A stretch of 40,036 nucleotides of DNA from positions 15,779,802 to 15,819,837 of the forward strand of contig JBOZIK010000001.1 in the NCBI GenBank assembly GCA_051453625.1, written 5' to 3'. This document shows, in pieces, positions 37,582 to 40,036 of this stretch. Position 1 is the stretch's first letter, and each line of letters begins with the position of its first letter. The DNA comes from Welwitschia mirabilis (taxonomy: Eukaryota). A program made the translations under genes and the position numbers. Under the pieces are notes generated by a model that saw only the letters and a list, made by a program, of their open reading frames with translations, had not been told where the DNA came from and made no database searches.

Positions 37582-37915
37582 TGTTGTAACCCCATAATTT
37601 ATTCCTATAGTTTATTATCATAGTATTTGTATAATTCCTGCTACTAGCCCCATAATTTATTAAGTGGCCCCATAGTCTATTATTTTATGTTATTTCCCTA
37701 AAATCGCATATTAATTAGGAATTTTCTTGTAGAGGACATTTGTCCTATAAATAAGTGGGTATTGTAATGCTTTGACATCATTGAATAAAAGTGACATTAT
37801 GTGTTTGGAGGCTGATCATCCTTGAAGTAATTATTGGAGGCTTAACCCCCTTGAAGTGGTCATCTATTTTCAACTTTTATCTTTTTTTTGCATTAATACG
37901 ACTAGGGTCATAACA
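37582..37915 (+). repeat. 3' LTR of the gypsy element (334 bp)
   Basis: Preceded by the PPT; starts tgttgtaacccc, ends gggtcataaca, followed by TSD gatag. Confidence 0.95.
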
Positions 37916-38749
37916 GATAGTCAATCAAGAAAGAATAATGCCACATCTTGCAACTCTCCTTTCATTATCCTTTTGGGTATCCAATGTCAAGGATTCTTTT
38001 GTTTAATTATTTTGATTAAACCACTAATGGTTAAAACTAGGGAAGCCTCTTGTTTTTATATGGAAACCACCTATAAGCCAAACCAAGTAGCAGCCATGCA
38101 TTAAGCCAAGCGGTCTTCATGTGGAAGGGGTAAAGTGGCCATCATGCAAGATGGCCAAGTGGACTTATCTAAAATACATGAATGTATGATTGATACATGA
38201 AATATGTATATGGAGAATTAAATAATAGTAATATGCTTAATCTCATATAAGTGACATACCCAATACATATACTTTAGGTCTTATAATATCTAAATATTAT
38301 TTAAGTATTTTTACTCATGTCTTTATTTCATCCCTAAGAAACTTGAAATTTAACCTTTAATAGGAGCCATGATACACTTTCACAATATCCTTATATTTAT
38401 CATATATATTAAGTATTTTAAATCTTACCTTAAGTCCTATGAGATGACATTTCTTTATAATTAGTATTTCTAAAGATTAAGGGATCTTTCTAGTTATATA
38501 TACTTTATTTATCAAACTAGAGTTTTAGTATCATAATATATATTACAAAGTCTACATGTATTCTAACTTCTTTATAGCCCTAGACAAAGAGTTGTCATGT
38601 AATAATTATCTATTAGTAGGAGGGTCCATTATTCATAAGTAAATTATACTTATGCAGAAGCAACATGAAAGTTAACAACTGATATCTTGAAATAGAAACC
38701 CAATCTACTAGCACGTCTCCAAGAGGAAACCTCTTAGGGAAGAGAGAAT

Positions 38750-40036
38750 TATCATGTCCAGATTTTTCTATGATTAGAAAATCTTCCTAGTTAATTAGAT
38801 GAATAATTAAATATTGAAAGATTGAGTTAATTATGGAATTTACTATTACTTATGCATGTTTTTCTGTTGTTATAGTTTGGAATTGAATTACTTGATGTCT
38901 TTTAGAAATTAACTATAGTTTTAGTGTAGATTTCATTTAATTGTATCTTGATTATGAAATAGCAATTATATGTGATCTAAAGTATTTAATCATGTTATTT
39001 ATTTCATGTAGTTAAATTTATTTATTAATGTTATTATATTATTATTTACACCTAGTGAACAGGCTTGGAAATGATGGATTATGGAAATCTAAACTATCTG
39101 TATGCACCTAAACTTTACTATTAGTCTTTAGTTATAAATACCTAAGTCCCTAAGCTACTAGAGTCATAGATGCATACCTTACACTTGTGAAAATGTTGGA
39201 GCTTAAATACAATTAGTAGTACTTAAGGATTTATCTTAGAATAGGTATGGACCCAAACCACCTCTTTTAAGATTTGTGTATGGTTCCAATATTTTATTGT
39301 GATACTTGTATGCTTCTAATATTTCTTGTATTATCTTGCATGAATTATTTAGTATTCTATGAAATTTACTTGTGTAAGCCTCCTTTGCGTGACAATCCTT
39401 AATATTCTTATAAGAGTCATAGAGTATTGTATATCTTGTTGATCCCTTTTAGTAGCCTATTATAAACCATGCTTGTGATTATCCTATGTAGATCATTGAC
39501 CTATATTAGAATACATTAAATTATGAAATTAAAACTAGCCAAGGTAACTAGTCATAGGGACTTTAGAGAGTAATACTATCTATTAAGAGTCCCAAGGCAT
39601 TAGCACAAGATTGCTAGAGTAAAAAGCAGGAATTATGCATAAATTGATATTATTTTTATCTCTTTTGGTAGAATGCAATTGGATCACTAGAAATTTTTAT
39701 GAAATAATAGTAAAATAAGATAATGTTTAATTGATGTAAGATCTTAGTCATGCCCTTCGTGATGTGATCCTTTACTTTGTACCTTATTGTAAGGAGCCCC
39801 TTTCCTACCCATTCCTTTCCTTAGGCCATACTAGGAACTGTGATGGATGTAATTCTCATAGCATACATGTATGTGTAGGACTTATTACATAAGAGAATAC
39901 TAATAAGCACTAGAGGTTGCTATGAGAATTGAGTATGATCCATTTGTTTGCTTTAGTTATTGTTGCGATGCCAACTTAAGTGTATTTGATAGGATATTTT
40001 GAGTTGTTTTGCAGATAAACTAACAGATAAATGCTC
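38750..40036 (+). repeat. Long LTR-like repeat, copy 2 (3' LTR, runs off the window end)
   Basis: Begins tatcatgtcc directly after a polypurine tract (agggaagagagaa, 38736-38748). That tract follows a chromodomain-end-like relic (AEAT*KLTTDILK*KPNL, ~38653-38706). Homologous to the repeat starting at 22417. Confidence 0.78.

Larger units (their letters stand above)
32874..37915 (+). mobile_element. Full-length degenerate Ty3/gypsy LTR retrotransposon, chromovirus (Reina-like by size and structure), 5042 bp
   Basis: Paired 334-bp LTRs (TG...CA), PBS tggtatcaaatcc at 33210-33222, PPT agggggtggaa at 37571-37581, TSD ggtag/gatag (1 mismatch). Domain order gag-PR-RT-RH-INT-chromodomain is recognisable despite many stops and frameshifts. 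Reina assignment is an inference from the short LTRs, ~5 kb length and chromodomain. Confidence 0.95.

Overview
AT-rich, CpG-depleted plant nuclear DNA, apparently from a large repeat-rich genome; the species cannot be determined from the sequence. There is one intact protein-coding gene, an intronless mitochondrial inner-membrane translocase subunit TIM23 (10186-10761, +), with a CpG-rich, pyrimidine-patch promoter. The rest is mostly decayed transposable elements. The clearest is a structurally complete but pseudogenised ~5.0 kb chromodomain-bearing Ty3/gypsy element (32874-37915) with 334-bp LTRs about 11% diverged, PBS, PPT and TSD. Others are two copies of a >1.2 kb LTR-like repeat (from 22417 and 38750), two minus-strand LINE relics, a Ty1/copia gag relic, additional short LTR+PBS relics, tRNA-like (SINE-type) relics and two structured minisatellites. 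An assembly gap (2812-3045) is flanked by a near-duplicate 255-bp segment. I found no convincing novel multi-gene system. The most interesting unexplained signals are a gene-free CpG/G-box island at ~25.8-26.0 kb, a decayed antisense ORF behind an LTR/PBS at ~3.1-4.0 kb, and the possible nested-LTR architecture of 22.4-40 kb.
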